Of a DNA stretch of 64,000 nucleotides, positions 10,514 to 19,853 are shown in pieces. Within the stretch, counting starts at the first letter, position 1; every line of letters starts with the position of its first letter. The position numbers and the translations under genes were made by a program. Source of the stretch: a virus (lineage: Duplodnaviria; Caudoviricetes); IMG/VR virus record IMGVR_UViG_3300032248_000171, positions 1 to 64,000 of that record; one strand, given 5' to 3'. The notes under the pieces were generated by a model that was not told the DNA's origin, searched no databases, and saw nothing but the letters and a program-made list of their open reading frames with translations.

Positions 10514-11277
10514 AAAAGAGAGTTCCTACAGAGCAAGAGATTGTTAAGAAGCATGGTGTTTCACTTGACTATGTTACTCGTCAAGCAGAGATTGGTTCTA
10601 CCGTTGAGCGTGAGCATGTAACTACACATGAAGAAGCTTATGGTATTGCCCTTCAACATATTATGGAGTTCCCAGATTACTACAAGCACTTACTACCTAT
10701 GGAAGACAAACTAAAAAAAGAATGGAAGAAAAAGAAAACTGTTAAGGAGATGCGCGAGATTTGGGAGAATCACATTGCTGTTGCGATGGGTAGAGAACTT
10801 GATGATGAAGGTGGAATGATTATGAGTCAACTTGATACTATCGAGAATGCCGTTACTCGTCTTCGCTCAGTAGTTCAAGACCCCAAAATGCAACTTCCTG
10901 CTTGGGTTCAATCTAAGGTCACCCTCGCTACTGATTATATTGATACTGCTGCTGATTATATGAGCAGCAAGAATGAAGAGTTTGCTGGAAATTATGACGG
11001 TCCACTATATGCTCCACACCCAGATATCATAAATGAAGGAGCCGCTTGGACAAAAAAATCTGGTAAGAATTCTGAAGGTGGATTAAATGAAAAAGGTAGA
11101 AAATCTTACGAACGTGAACATCCTGGAAGCGACCTCAAAGCACCTTCGAAGAAAGTTGGTAATCCCCGCAGAAAGAGTTTTTGTGCGAGAATGAAAGGAA
11201 TGCGTAAGAGACAAAAGGATAGTAATAATACTGGCGAAGACCGCCTATCTAAATCACTAAGAGCTTGGAATTGCTAA
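10510..11277 (+). CDS. Modular basic protein, candidate internal head protein
   Basis: Distinct short modules (EREH..ALQHIMEFPDYY; LPAWVQSKVTLATDYI; AAWTKKSGKNSEGGLNEKGRKSY...RRKSFCARM...RAWNC) separated by acidic xxE linkers. Confidence 0.6.
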   Translation: MKKRVPTEQEIVKKHGVSLDYVTRQAEIGSTVEREHVTTHEEAYGIALQHIMEFPDYYKHLLPMEDKLKKEWKKKKTVKEMREIWENHIAVAMGRELDDEGGMIMSQLDTIENAVTRLRSVVQDPKMQLPAWVQSKVTLATDYIDTAADYMSSKNEEFAGNYDGPLYAPHPDIINEGAAWTKKSGKNSEGGLNEKGRKSYEREHPGSDLKAPSKKVGNPRRKSFCARMKGMRKRQKDSNNTGEDRLSKSLRAWNC

Positions 11278-11278
11278 T

Positions 11279-11497
11279 ATGGATACTAAAACCTGCCCCA
11301 AGTGTGGGGCTTGCTGGATAGGTGGTCAACACTATTGGTCTGGTACTCACAAGAAAGGTGACGAAACTTTATTAGCAAGTTTAATATGTGATAAATTTGG
11401 TGATGATACTTGTATCAACCCAGTAAAAGGAACTACTGACGGCACTGGATGGGAGAAGAGAATGGAAAATCTAAATAACATGGAAAGCGAATATTAA
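11279..11497 (+). CDS. Small Cys-rich hypothetical protein
   Basis: CPKCGACW...C...CINP in a 72-aa ORF tightly packed before g17. Confidence 0.7.
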   Translation: MDTKTCPKCGACWIGGQHYWSGTHKKGDETLLASLICDKFGDDTCINPVKGTTDGTGWEKRMENLNNMESEY

Positions 11498-11503
11498 TAT
11501 TTT

Positions 11504-13165
11504 ATGTCTGATAATGTATATCTTGGTAATCCCAATTTAAAAAAAGCAAATACTCCAATCAATTTTACCAAAAAACAAATTGAGGAGTTTATTAAATGTA
11601 GGGAAAACCCTGTATATTTTGCGAAAAACTATGTGAAAATTATTTCACTTGATGAAGGTTTAATTCCTTTTGAGATGTATGATTTCCAAGAGGAGTTAAT
11701 TAATAATTTTCATAATCATCGATTTAACATTGCAAAACTTCCAAGACAAACAGGAAAGTCAACAACTGTTATTTCATATCTACTTCATTATGCTGTCTTC
11801 AACGACAACATTAAGATTGCTATTCTAGCAAACAAGGCAGAAACGTCAAGAGAACTTCTGTCTCGTTTACAGCTGGCATATGAGAACCTCCCTAAGTGGA
11901 TGCAGCAAGGCATTGTAGCGTGGAACAAAGGTTCTTTGGAACTAGATAACGGTTCCAAGATTATCGCTGCCTCAACGTCTTCCAGCGCCGTTAGAGGAAA
12001 CTCTTTCAACATCATCTTCCTTGACGAGTTTGCGTTCGTTCCTAACCACATGGCAGAGCAGTTCTTCTCCTCTGTGTATCCTACTATCTCATCTGGTAAG
12101 ACAACAAAGGTTATTATCATTTCTACCCCACAGGGTATGAATATGTTTTATAAGCTATGGCATGACGCAGAGCGTGGAAGGAACGGTTACGTGCCCTTGG
12201 AGGTTCACTGGAGTGCCGTTCCTGGGCGAGATGAGGCATGGAAGCAGGAGACTATCAGGAACACCTCTGAGAGGCAGTTTACACAGGAGTTTGAGTGTGA
12301 GTTCCTAGGGTCGGTTGATACACTAATCTCCGCTGCTAAACTAAGAGCATTAGCATATGACGAACCAATCCAAGATAACGGTAAGGGATTAAAAGTTTAT
12401 GAAGCGGTTAAGGAAGATAGAGATTATATCATGACCGTTGATGTTTCGAGAGGAACCAACAATGACTTCTCGGCATTTGTAGTATTTGATGTCACTACAC
12501 TGCCTTGGAAGATTGTTGCCAAATATCGAAACAACGAAATTAAACCAATTCTATTCCCAAATATCATAGACCAAGTTGCTCGCAACTATAACAATTCCTA
12601 TATACTTATTGAAATAAATGATATTGGTGAGCAGGTTGGAAACATCCTCCACTATGATTTAGAGTATCCAAATATTTTGATGTGTGCTATGAGAGGAAGA
12701 GCTGGGCAAATGGTCGGGCAAGGTTTCTCTGGCACCAAATCCCAACTTGGTTTGAAGATGTCTAAAGTGACCAAGAAGATTGGATGCTCCAATTTAAAAA
12801 CGCTGATTGAAGACGACAAGCTCGTTATTCCAGATTATGAAATCATTAGCGAACTAACAACATTTATTCAAAAGAACCAATCATTTGAAGCAGATGATGG
12901 TTACAATGATGACTTAGTAATGTGTCTAGTTATTTTTGCATGGTTAGCAGTTCAACCCTACTTCAGGGAAATGACTGACAACGATGTTCGCAAGAGAATT
13001 TACGACGAACAAAAAAATCAAATTGAACAAGACATGGCACCATTTGGTTTTATATCAGATGGGTTGGATGACGAAGAAAAAATTATTGATGAAGACGGAA
13101 ATGTTTGGTATACCGATGGATATGGAAATCCACACGAAGATGTAAGATACATGTTCGGATACTGA
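11504..13165 (+). CDS. g17: Terminase large subunit gp17
   Basis: YLGNPNLKKAN N-terminus, Walker A PRQTGKST, Walker B IIFLDEFAF, RNase H-like VDVSRG and DDLVM motifs. Confidence 0.98.
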   Translation: MSDNVYLGNPNLKKANTPINFTKKQIEEFIKCRENPVYFAKNYVKIISLDEGLIPFEMYDFQEELINNFHNHRFNIAKLPRQTGKSTTVISYLLHYAVFNDNIKIAILANKAETSRELLSRLQLAYENLPKWMQQGIVAWNKGSLELDNGSKIIAASTSSSAVRGNSFNIIFLDEFAFVPNHMAEQFFSSVYPTISSGKTTKVIIISTPQGMNMFYKLWHDAERGRNGYVPLEVHWSAVPGRDEAWKQETIRNTSERQFTQEFECEFLGSVDTLISAAKLRALAYDEPIQDNGKGLKVYEAVKEDRDYIMTVDVSRGTNNDFSAFVVFDVTTLPWKIVAKYRNNEIKPILFPNIIDQVARNYNNSYILIEINDIGEQVGNILHYDLEYPNILMCAMRGRAGQMVGQGFSGTKSQLGLKMSKVTKKIGCSNLKTLIEDDKLVIPDYEIISELTTFIQKNQSFEADDGYNDDLVMCLVIFAWLAVQPYFREMTDNDVRKRIYDEQKNQIEQDMAPFGFISDGLDDEEKIIDEDGNVWYTDGYGNPHEDVRYMFGY

Positions 13166-13178
13166 AAGTGACTTTTTA

Positions 13179-13185
13179 ATAAATA
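13179..13185 (+). promoter_or_regulatory. Late promoter for g18
   Basis: ATAAATA upstream of the GAGGAG RBS. Confidence 0.75.
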
Positions 13186-13227
13186 CTTTTAGATAAAAAA
13201 TGAACTATTTTTCACGAGGAGAAAAAC

Positions 13228-15468
13228 ATGGCAGGTCAAGTATCACCTGGAATTGTTCTAAGAGAACGTGACTTAACAGCGCAAACTATCGTAAACCAGC
13301 AAGCAAATACTGCTGCGTTGGTTGGTAGTTTCGAGAAAGGACCAGTAGGAGTAATTACAAGTATTGCTACTGAAAGAGAACTCTTTAACACATTCGGTGC
13401 CCCAAATAACAATAACTACGAAGATTGGTTTACAGCATCAACCTTCCTTTCATACGGCGGTCAACTTCAGATTGTAAGAATTGCCGACGACACTCTTAAA
13501 AATGGCACAACAGAAGTAGGAACAGCAACTACAGACGCAACCAAATTAAATGTTGTTAATGCTATCGGATTTACATCTGGCGATTATGTCAAAGTTGATA
13601 ATGAATTTTTTGTAATTGGAACAGTAACAACAGGTGGTTCTGATTCCCTAGCAGTTACTTCCAGAGGACAACTTGGGTCAACTGGGTCACCAGTCACTCA
13701 TGCCAACGGCGCAACCGCAACCAAGTGGTCTCTTATTGAAACTGCAACTTCCAGTGGTATCTTGACGGAACCTGATGCAAATCCAGAATTATCTACAACT
13801 GAAACATTTATTTCAGTTACTTCCGTAACTGGTTTTGCTGCTGGTGATTATGTAAAGATTAAGAGAGTTCCTGTTGGTGGTACTGGTCCTGTTACTACTT
13901 TTGAATATGCATTAATAACTAGTATAGACACAGAAGCTAAAATTTTTGAAGTTGTTCGTGGTCAATTAGGAACTCCTGCAATTTCATTTGAAGACGAAGT
14001 AACACCAACAGTTGAAAGTACTGTAACGGTTACTGTTTTCAAGATGACATTTGAAAGTACTGCAACAACAACTACTTTAACAACTGCATTCCCAAATGTA
14101 ACAACTGCTGGTGCTACTGCTCCGTTGATTAAATCATATGATGATTACCTAGCAAATTATTCTGGTTATGCTTGGAAGTTTGCTGCTCGCACTGCTGGCA
14201 CATGGGCAAACAATATCAAGGTTGTAACGATTGATGCTACTATTACAGGTACTAACTATAATATTGCTACTCTTTACGGTTCAACTTTGTGGAGCACTAT
14301 TGCATTAGCTCCAGGCACTTCGACTTATGCTGCATCTAGAATTCCAGCTCAATCTAATGATCAAATGCATATTGTTGTACTTGATGCAAATAATAATGTT
14401 TTAGAATCATTTACATATGTTTCTAGGTTAGCAGGAGCAAGAGATGAACAGGGTGCATCAACATACTACGTTGATGTAATTGCCGCAAAGTCATCTTACA
14501 TCTATGCTGGTACAGTTGCTCCTGCCGCTGGCAACCAAACTCTAACATTCAGTGCTGGCGTTGATGCTTGGACAATCGACACAGGAAAGATTGATACTGC
14601 TTATACTCTTTTTGCGGATATTGAGACTGTTTCAACTGATTTTATTCTTTGTGGTGGTAGTCTTCCTTCATCAGCAAATCAAAAAATCAAAGCACAAAAA
14701 GCGATGGAAATTGCTTCATCAAGAAAAGATTGTATTGCTTTTGTTTCTCCCCATAAAATATTTGTTTCACAGACTGACCCCACACAACAAAGAGACTCAA
14801 TTATAAGTTTCTTTAGTGGATTTGGCAGCAATTCATATGCAATTTTTGACAGTGGATACAAATACATGCGCGATGAATATAATGATACTTATCGTTACAT
14901 TCCATGTTGTGCTGATATTGCTGGTCTCTGTGTACAAATTTCAGAAACTGCTGAAGATTGGATATCCCCAGCTGGTGTAAACAAAGGAGGTATCAAGAAT
15001 GCTGTTAAACTAGCATACACTCCAGCAAAATTAGATAGAGATAAATTATATCAAAATAGAATTAATCCAATTACAACTTTCCCTGGTCAAGGAACAGTTC
15101 TTTTTGGAGACAAAACTGCAATGGCAACTCCAAGTGCATTCGACAGAATCAACGTTCGTCGTTTGTTCCTAGCAGTTGAGAAGAAGATTTCTGAGCTAGG
15201 GAAGTCAGTTCTATTTGAATTGAATGATAGTGCAACTAGAGCATCATTCTCTTCTGCAGCAAATTCATATCTTGCAGAAGTTAAATCAAAGAGAGGTGTT
15301 ACCGATTATTTAATTGTCTGTGATGAAACCAACAACACCGCAGATGTAATTGATAGAAATGAATTTGTTGCTGAAATTTACATGAAGCCTTCACGTTCAA
15401 TTAATTACATCACTATTACATTTGTTGCCACCAGATCTGGTGTAAGTTTTACTGAAATAACTGGTTAA
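13228..15468 (+). CDS. g18: Tail sheath protein gp18
   Basis: SPGIVLRERDLT N-terminus; C-terminal LYQNRINPI...FGDKT...AFDRINVRRLF...KPSRSINYITITFVATR. Confidence 0.98.
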   Translation: MAGQVSPGIVLRERDLTAQTIVNQQANTAALVGSFEKGPVGVITSIATERELFNTFGAPNNNNYEDWFTASTFLSYGGQLQIVRIADDTLKNGTTEVGTATTDATKLNVVNAIGFTSGDYVKVDNEFFVIGTVTTGGSDSLAVTSRGQLGSTGSPVTHANGATATKWSLIETATSSGILTEPDANPELSTTETFISVTSVTGFAAGDYVKIKRVPVGGTGPVTTFEYALITSIDTEAKIFEVVRGQLGTPAISFEDEVTPTVESTVTVTVFKMTFESTATTTTLTTAFPNVTTAGATAPLIKSYDDYLANYSGYAWKFAARTAGTWANNIKVVTIDATITGTNYNIATLYGSTLWSTIALAPGTSTYAASRIPAQSNDQMHIVVLDANNNVLESFTYVSRLAGARDEQGASTYYVDVIAAKSSYIYAGTVAPAAGNQTLTFSAGVDAWTIDTGKIDTAYTLFADIETVSTDFILCGGSLPSSANQKIKAQKAMEIASSRKDCIAFVSPHKIFVSQTDPTQQRDSIISFFSGFGSNSYAIFDSGYKYMRDEYNDTYRYIPCCADIAGLCVQISETAEDWISPAGVNKGGIKNAVKLAYTPAKLDRDKLYQNRINPITTFPGQGTVLFGDKTAMATPSAFDRINVRRLFLAVEKKISELGKSVLFELNDSATRASFSSAANSYLAEVKSKRGVTDYLIVCDETNNTADVIDRNEFVAEIYMKPSRSINYITITFVATRSGVSFTEITG

Positions 15469-15510
15469 TAATTATTACTCATAAAATATTCAACAGAGAG
15501 GTAACAAACA

Positions 15511-16110
15511 ATGGCCGCTAATAGCAACGTAAAAGATTTTCTATCAAAGATTAATCAAGGCGTAAAACCTAATTTATTTTACGTCAATTTTAACTTTCCA
15601 AATAATTTAGCAAATAAATTGACTGGAGATGATGCTGCTCTTACAAATTTACTTTGTAAATCAGCAGCATTACCAGCTTCAAACTTGGGAGTAATTGAAG
15701 TTCCCTTCAGAGGAAGAACAGTTAAGATTGCAGGAGACAGAACCTTCGATACTTGGACTGCCACTTTCATTGGAGATAGAGACTTCAAGATTCGTGGAGT
15801 TATGGAGCGTTGGATGAGAGCAATGAATGCTCATGAAGCAAACACTGCTGAACTCATCAAACCACAAACAAATGAAGGATACACTGCTGATATTATTGTA
15901 CAACAACTCGAAAGAGATGCAACAGTTACAGATCCAGGTGGTTCTGTTCTAAGAACATACAAATTGATTCAATGTTTCCCAACCAACGTTTCTCAAATTG
16001 ATCTTGCTTATGATAGCAACGACCAAATTGAAGATTTCACAGTTGAGTTCCAACTCCAATACTGGACTTGTGGAACTAATGCTCCTGAATATAATAATTT
16101 GATCTCCTGA
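15511..16110 (+). CDS. g19: Tail tube protein gp19
   Basis: CKSAALPASNLGVIEVPFRGRTVKIAGDRTFDTW and IEDFTVEFQLQYW motifs. Confidence 0.97.
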   Translation: MAANSNVKDFLSKINQGVKPNLFYVNFNFPNNLANKLTGDDAALTNLLCKSAALPASNLGVIEVPFRGRTVKIAGDRTFDTWTATFIGDRDFKIRGVMERWMRAMNAHEANTAELIKPQTNEGYTADIIVQQLERDATVTDPGGSVLRTYKLIQCFPTNVSQIDLAYDSNDQIEDFTVEFQLQYWTCGTNAPEYNNLIS

Positions 16111-16144
16111 TAAATACAGTATAAGTAAGTGAGATATTTAAAAT

Positions 16145-17764
16145 ATGAGTCAGTTATTTGGATTTTCTATTAAAAGTAAACAGGAGGAATTGAAAGGGCA
16201 ATCTCCAATTCCTCCTGCAGCTGATGACGCAGTAACCACTGTAGCAGGTGGTTATTTTGGTTCGTATGTAGATATTGATGGCGTAGCGCGTAATGAGTTT
16301 GATCTCATTAGGCGTTATCGTGATATGTCAATGCATCCAGAAGTTGACTCTGCTATTGATGAAATTGTTAATGAGTCAATCAATTCTGGTATGGATGATT
16401 CACCAGTATCTATTGAACTTTCAAATTTGCAAGTTGGAGAACCAATTAAAAAAAGAATTAGAGAAGAGTTTGATTATATAAAACGTCTATTGCATTTTGA
16501 TACCAGAGCTCATGAAATTTTTAGAACTTGGTATATTGATGGTAGGTTATATTATCATAAAGTTATTGATCTTGCTAATCCTAAAGCAGGTATTCTTGAA
16601 CTCAGATACATCGATCCACTCAGAATCAAGAAAGTAAGAGTTCAAAATAAAGATCCAAAACTAGCACAAAATTTACAAGGAATTCAAGGAACTGCTTACC
16701 AATATGATTTTGGTGAGTATATTGATTACTACATGTATAATCCAAAGGGATTTATCAGTTCAACCTTTGACGTTAATAACGCAACAAGTGGCGTCAAGAT
16801 TGCTAACGATGCCATTACTTATGTTCAATCAGGTATTCAAGATCTCAACAAAAAGATGGTCTTGAGTTTTTTACACAAGGCAATCAAATCACTTAACCAG
16901 ATTCGCATGATTGAAGATGCGCTGGTTATCTATCGTTTGTCACGCGCACCAGAAAGAAGAATTTTTTACATCGATGTAGGTAATCTACCAAAGGTAAAAG
17001 CGGAGCAATACCTACGCGAGACAATGGCGCGTTACAGAAACAAACTTGTTTATGACGCACAGACAGGTGAGATTCGTGACGACAAAAAGCATATGAGTAT
17101 GCTTGAAGATTTTTGGCTCCCTCGTCGTGAAGGTGGCAGAGGAACTGAAATCACAACTCTGCCTGGTGGTCAAAATCTGGGAGAGTTGAAGGATGTTGAA
17201 TACTTTAAAAAGAAACTATATAACTCATTGAACCTTCCACCATCGCGTTTGGATGATGCCAACCAAGGATTCTCTCTAGGTCGTTCATCTGAAATCTTGC
17301 GTGATGAACTTAAGTTTTCTAAGTGGATTGGAAGACTCCGCAAGAAGTTTAGCGTATTGTTCCACGATATGCTCAAAACTCAACTCATTCTAAAGGGTGT
17401 TATTGCACCAGAAGACTGGGAGGAGATGCAAGAGCACATCCAATATGACTATCATTTTGATAATCATTTTGAAGAACTCAAACAAGCAGAACTTATGGGC
17501 AACCGCATACAAGTTGCTGCCCAACTGGATCCTTTCTTGGGTAAATATTATTCTATTGAATATGTCAGAAAGCAAGTTCTAATGCAATCCGATACTGAAT
17601 ATGATGAGATTACCAAACAAATGACTGACGAGATTGCTGAAGGTAAGATTCCCGATCCTATCCACACCAATCTAATGAATGCAGCAACACTGGAAGTTGG
17701 AGCAATGCCTCCACCACCTCCAGCTCCTGCTGCTCCATCTAAACCCAAAACATCAGAAAAATAA
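16145..17764 (+). CDS. g20: Portal vertex protein gp20
   Basis: IYRLSRAPERRIFYIDVGNLPK and EDFWLPRREGGRGTEITTLPGGQNLG motifs; late promoter at 16110-16116. Confidence 0.98.
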   Translation: MSQLFGFSIKSKQEELKGQSPIPPAADDAVTTVAGGYFGSYVDIDGVARNEFDLIRRYRDMSMHPEVDSAIDEIVNESINSGMDDSPVSIELSNLQVGEPIKKRIREEFDYIKRLLHFDTRAHEIFRTWYIDGRLYYHKVIDLANPKAGILELRYIDPLRIKKVRVQNKDPKLAQNLQGIQGTAYQYDFGEYIDYYMYNPKGFISSTFDVNNATSGVKIANDAITYVQSGIQDLNKKMVLSFLHKAIKSLNQIRMIEDALVIYRLSRAPERRIFYIDVGNLPKVKAEQYLRETMARYRNKLVYDAQTGEIRDDKKHMSMLEDFWLPRREGGRGTEITTLPGGQNLGELKDVEYFKKKLYNSLNLPPSRLDDANQGFSLGRSSEILRDELKFSKWIGRLRKKFSVLFHDMLKTQLILKGVIAPEDWEEMQEHIQYDYHFDNHFEELKQAELMGNRIQVAAQLDPFLGKYYSIEYVRKQVLMQSDTEYDEITKQMTDEIAEGKIPDPIHTNLMNAATLEVGAMPPPPPAPAAPSKPKTSEK

Positions 17765-17789
17765 ATAGTTTATTATAAGGTTAAATTAA

Positions 17790-17981
17790 ATGGACACTAT
17801 TGAAGTTGTAAATGCCGTGCGCGATGGCAACCGCCTCGCTGCCGTAGATAAGATTGCTGACATCCTCTATGGAAAAGCAGCGCAAGCAATGGGTGACTAC
17901 AAACAAATTGTTGCTAAGTCATTCTTTGATTCTCCAGAAGAGGAGGTAGAGTTCGAATCACCAGAGGAAGAAGAGCAATGA
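17790..17981 (+). CDS. Small acidic prohead core protein (gp67/68-like position)
   Basis: 63-aa ORF with an acidic tail between g20 and g21; late promoter at 17761-17767. Confidence 0.75.
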   Translation: MDTIEVVNAVRDGNRLAAVDKIADILYGKAAQAMGDYKQIVAKSFFDSPEEEVEFESPEEEEQ

Positions 17982-18625
17982 AACTAATCACCGAGGGCAA
18001 TTTTGAGGACGTACAAGTTCTCGAAGAAGAATCAAACGGTAGAAAAAATCTGTATATTGAGGGAGTTTTCCTTCAAGCAGATATCAAAAACCGCAATGGT
18101 CGTGTATATCCATTTGGCGTTTTAGAGCGCGAAGTTGGTAGATACAATGAGCAGTATGTTGGTGCTGGTCGTGCCCTTGGTGAACTAGGACATCCTGATG
18201 GTCCTACTGTAAATCTTGATCGCGTCTCACATAAAATTGTTTCTCTCAAAGCAGAAGGAAGTAATTTTATTGGTAAGGCACAAATTCTTACAACTCCTAT
18301 GGGAGATATTGCAAAGAATCTTTTAGAGAACGGAGTTAAACTTGGTGTTTCATCTAGAGGCATGGGTTCTATCGAAGAGAAGAACGGAGCAAACTATGTT
18401 CGTGATGATTTCATGCTAGCAACTGCTGCAGATATTGTTTCAGATCCTTCCGCACCTGATGCATTTGTTAACGGAATTATGGAAGGAAAAGAGTGGGTAT
18501 GGGAAAATGGTATCATCAAGGAAGTAAATGTTGCTAAATACAAAAGATATATTTCTGAATCTACCAGAAAAAATCTTGAAGAGAGGTCGTTAAAAGTGTT
18601 TAACCATTTCTTACAAAGTTTGTAA
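17978..18625 (+). CDS. g21: Prohead protease gp21
   Basis: MKLITE, NRNGRVYP, GELGHP, GVSSRGMGS and DIVSDPSAPDAFV motifs. Confidence 0.97.
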   Translation: MKLITEGNFEDVQVLEEESNGRKNLYIEGVFLQADIKNRNGRVYPFGVLEREVGRYNEQYVGAGRALGELGHPDGPTVNLDRVSHKIVSLKAEGSNFIGKAQILTTPMGDIAKNLLENGVKLGVSSRGMGSIEEKNGANYVRDDFMLATAADIVSDPSAPDAFVNGIMEGKEWVWENGIIKEVNVAKYKRYISESTRKNLEERSLKVFNHFLQSL

Positions 18626-18678
18626 TTTAATAAATAATTATAGAATAAACATATAGTAGAATTTACGAGGAATCTCAA

Positions 18679-19803
18679 ATGTCACTAAACTTAAACGAAA
18701 AGTTTGAGGAGCTTGTAACTGAGTCAGAAGTTGGACTAAGTGCTCTCTCTCCTTCAATTGTTCCTGGTCAATCTTCTGGTAGTCAGTTCATGCAACCAGT
18801 AGGCGGAGCAGTAAGCGATGCTCAAACTAGAGGTAAAGGGAAAGATCCTGCACCAACAGTTCCAACTTCCGTTGTTCCTTCTGAATCAGAAGTAGACAAT
18901 GGTGGTTCGGATTTTGAAGATCCAGAAGGCGAAGAAAATCCAGGCGCTAAAGCCGCTAACGGAATTAAAAAAGTTAGCGATGCTCAAACTAGAGGTAAGG
19001 GTCAAGATCCAGCACCTTCGGTTAAGGCATCTGGTTATGGTCTTGAGTCAACGACTCAAAACACAGTAAAAGTATTTGGTATGGAAGCAATCAACTATTC
19101 CGCAGAGGAAGATGTTGCTGCTCTTACCGAAGGTGGAGAGTTCTCCGAAGATTTCAAAGCAAAAGCATCAACAATCTTCGAAGCTGCTGTTAAGTCAAGA
19201 ATCGAAGAGCAAGTAAATGCTATCGCTTCTTCACTCGAAGAGCAGTTCTCTGCCAAACTCCAAGAAGAGATTGCGACACTCGCAAGTAAAGTTGATGAAA
19301 CACTCAACTACGCAATCACTACTTGGGTAGAAGAGAACCAAGTGGCTCTCGATGCTGGTCTCAAACTTGAGATTGCAGAAGAGTTCATGGGTGGTCTCAA
19401 AAAAGTTTTTGAAGAAAACTACCTCGATCTCCCTTCGGAGAAAGTCAATGTTGTAGAAACAATGACTGAGGAGCTTTGTGAAATGGAAGGTCGCCTCAAC
19501 GAACAACTTGAGCGTAACATTGAACTTAATAATAAACTCGCTGGTTATCACAAAACCGTCGTACTCAATCAAATGAGCGAAGGTCTAGTTGATACCCAAA
19601 GAGAAAAACTTGCTTCTCTTGCTGAAGGAGTGGAGTTTGTTTCCGAAGAAGACTTCAAGAACAAAGTCGCAACTCTCATTAGCAGCTACTTTCCTAAGCA
19701 TGTAGTGACTGAGCAAGTTTCTGATGAAGCAGTAGTAGAAGGTCAAGAGAATATGTCACCAGCAATGGCGGCATATGTCAAGACACTCGCTCGCTGGCAG
19801 TAA
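18679..19803 (+). CDS. g22: Prohead scaffold protein gp22
   Basis: Acidic coiled-coil with FSEDFKAKASTIFEAAV and WVEENQVA; late promoter at 18630-18636. Confidence 0.95.
   Translation: MSLNLNEKFEELVTESEVGLSALSPSIVPGQSSGSQFMQPVGGAVSDAQTRGKGKDPAPTVPTSVVPSESEVDNGGSDFEDPEGEENPGAKAANGIKKVSDAQTRGKGQDPAPSVKASGYGLESTTQNTVKVFGMEAINYSAEEDVAALTEGGEFSEDFKAKASTIFEAAVKSRIEEQVNAIASSLEEQFSAKLQEEIATLASKVDETLNYAITTWVEENQVALDAGLKLEIAEEFMGGLKKVFEENYLDLPSEKVNVVETMTEELCEMEGRLNEQLERNIELNNKLAGYHKTVVLNQMSEGLVDTQREKLASLAEGVEFVSEEDFKNKVATLISSYFPKHVVTEQVSDEAVVEGQENMSPAMAAYVKTLARWQ
18811..19017 (+). repeat. Duplicated 15-codon segment in g22 (VSDAQTRGKGxDPAP)
   Basis: agcgatgctcaaactagaggtaa occurs at ~18814 and ~18976. 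Confidence 0.85.
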
Positions 19804-19853
19804 TCATTTCTATAAATAATTAAAACCCAAACACTCAAAGGAGTTTAAAGCAA

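Noticed and set aside
8687-11503. Photosynthesis or carbon auxiliary genes (psbA, hli, petE, zwf, gnd) in the g16-g17 variable region or after nrdB
   Set aside because: No matching motifs are present in this window; they may lie elsewhere in the genome.
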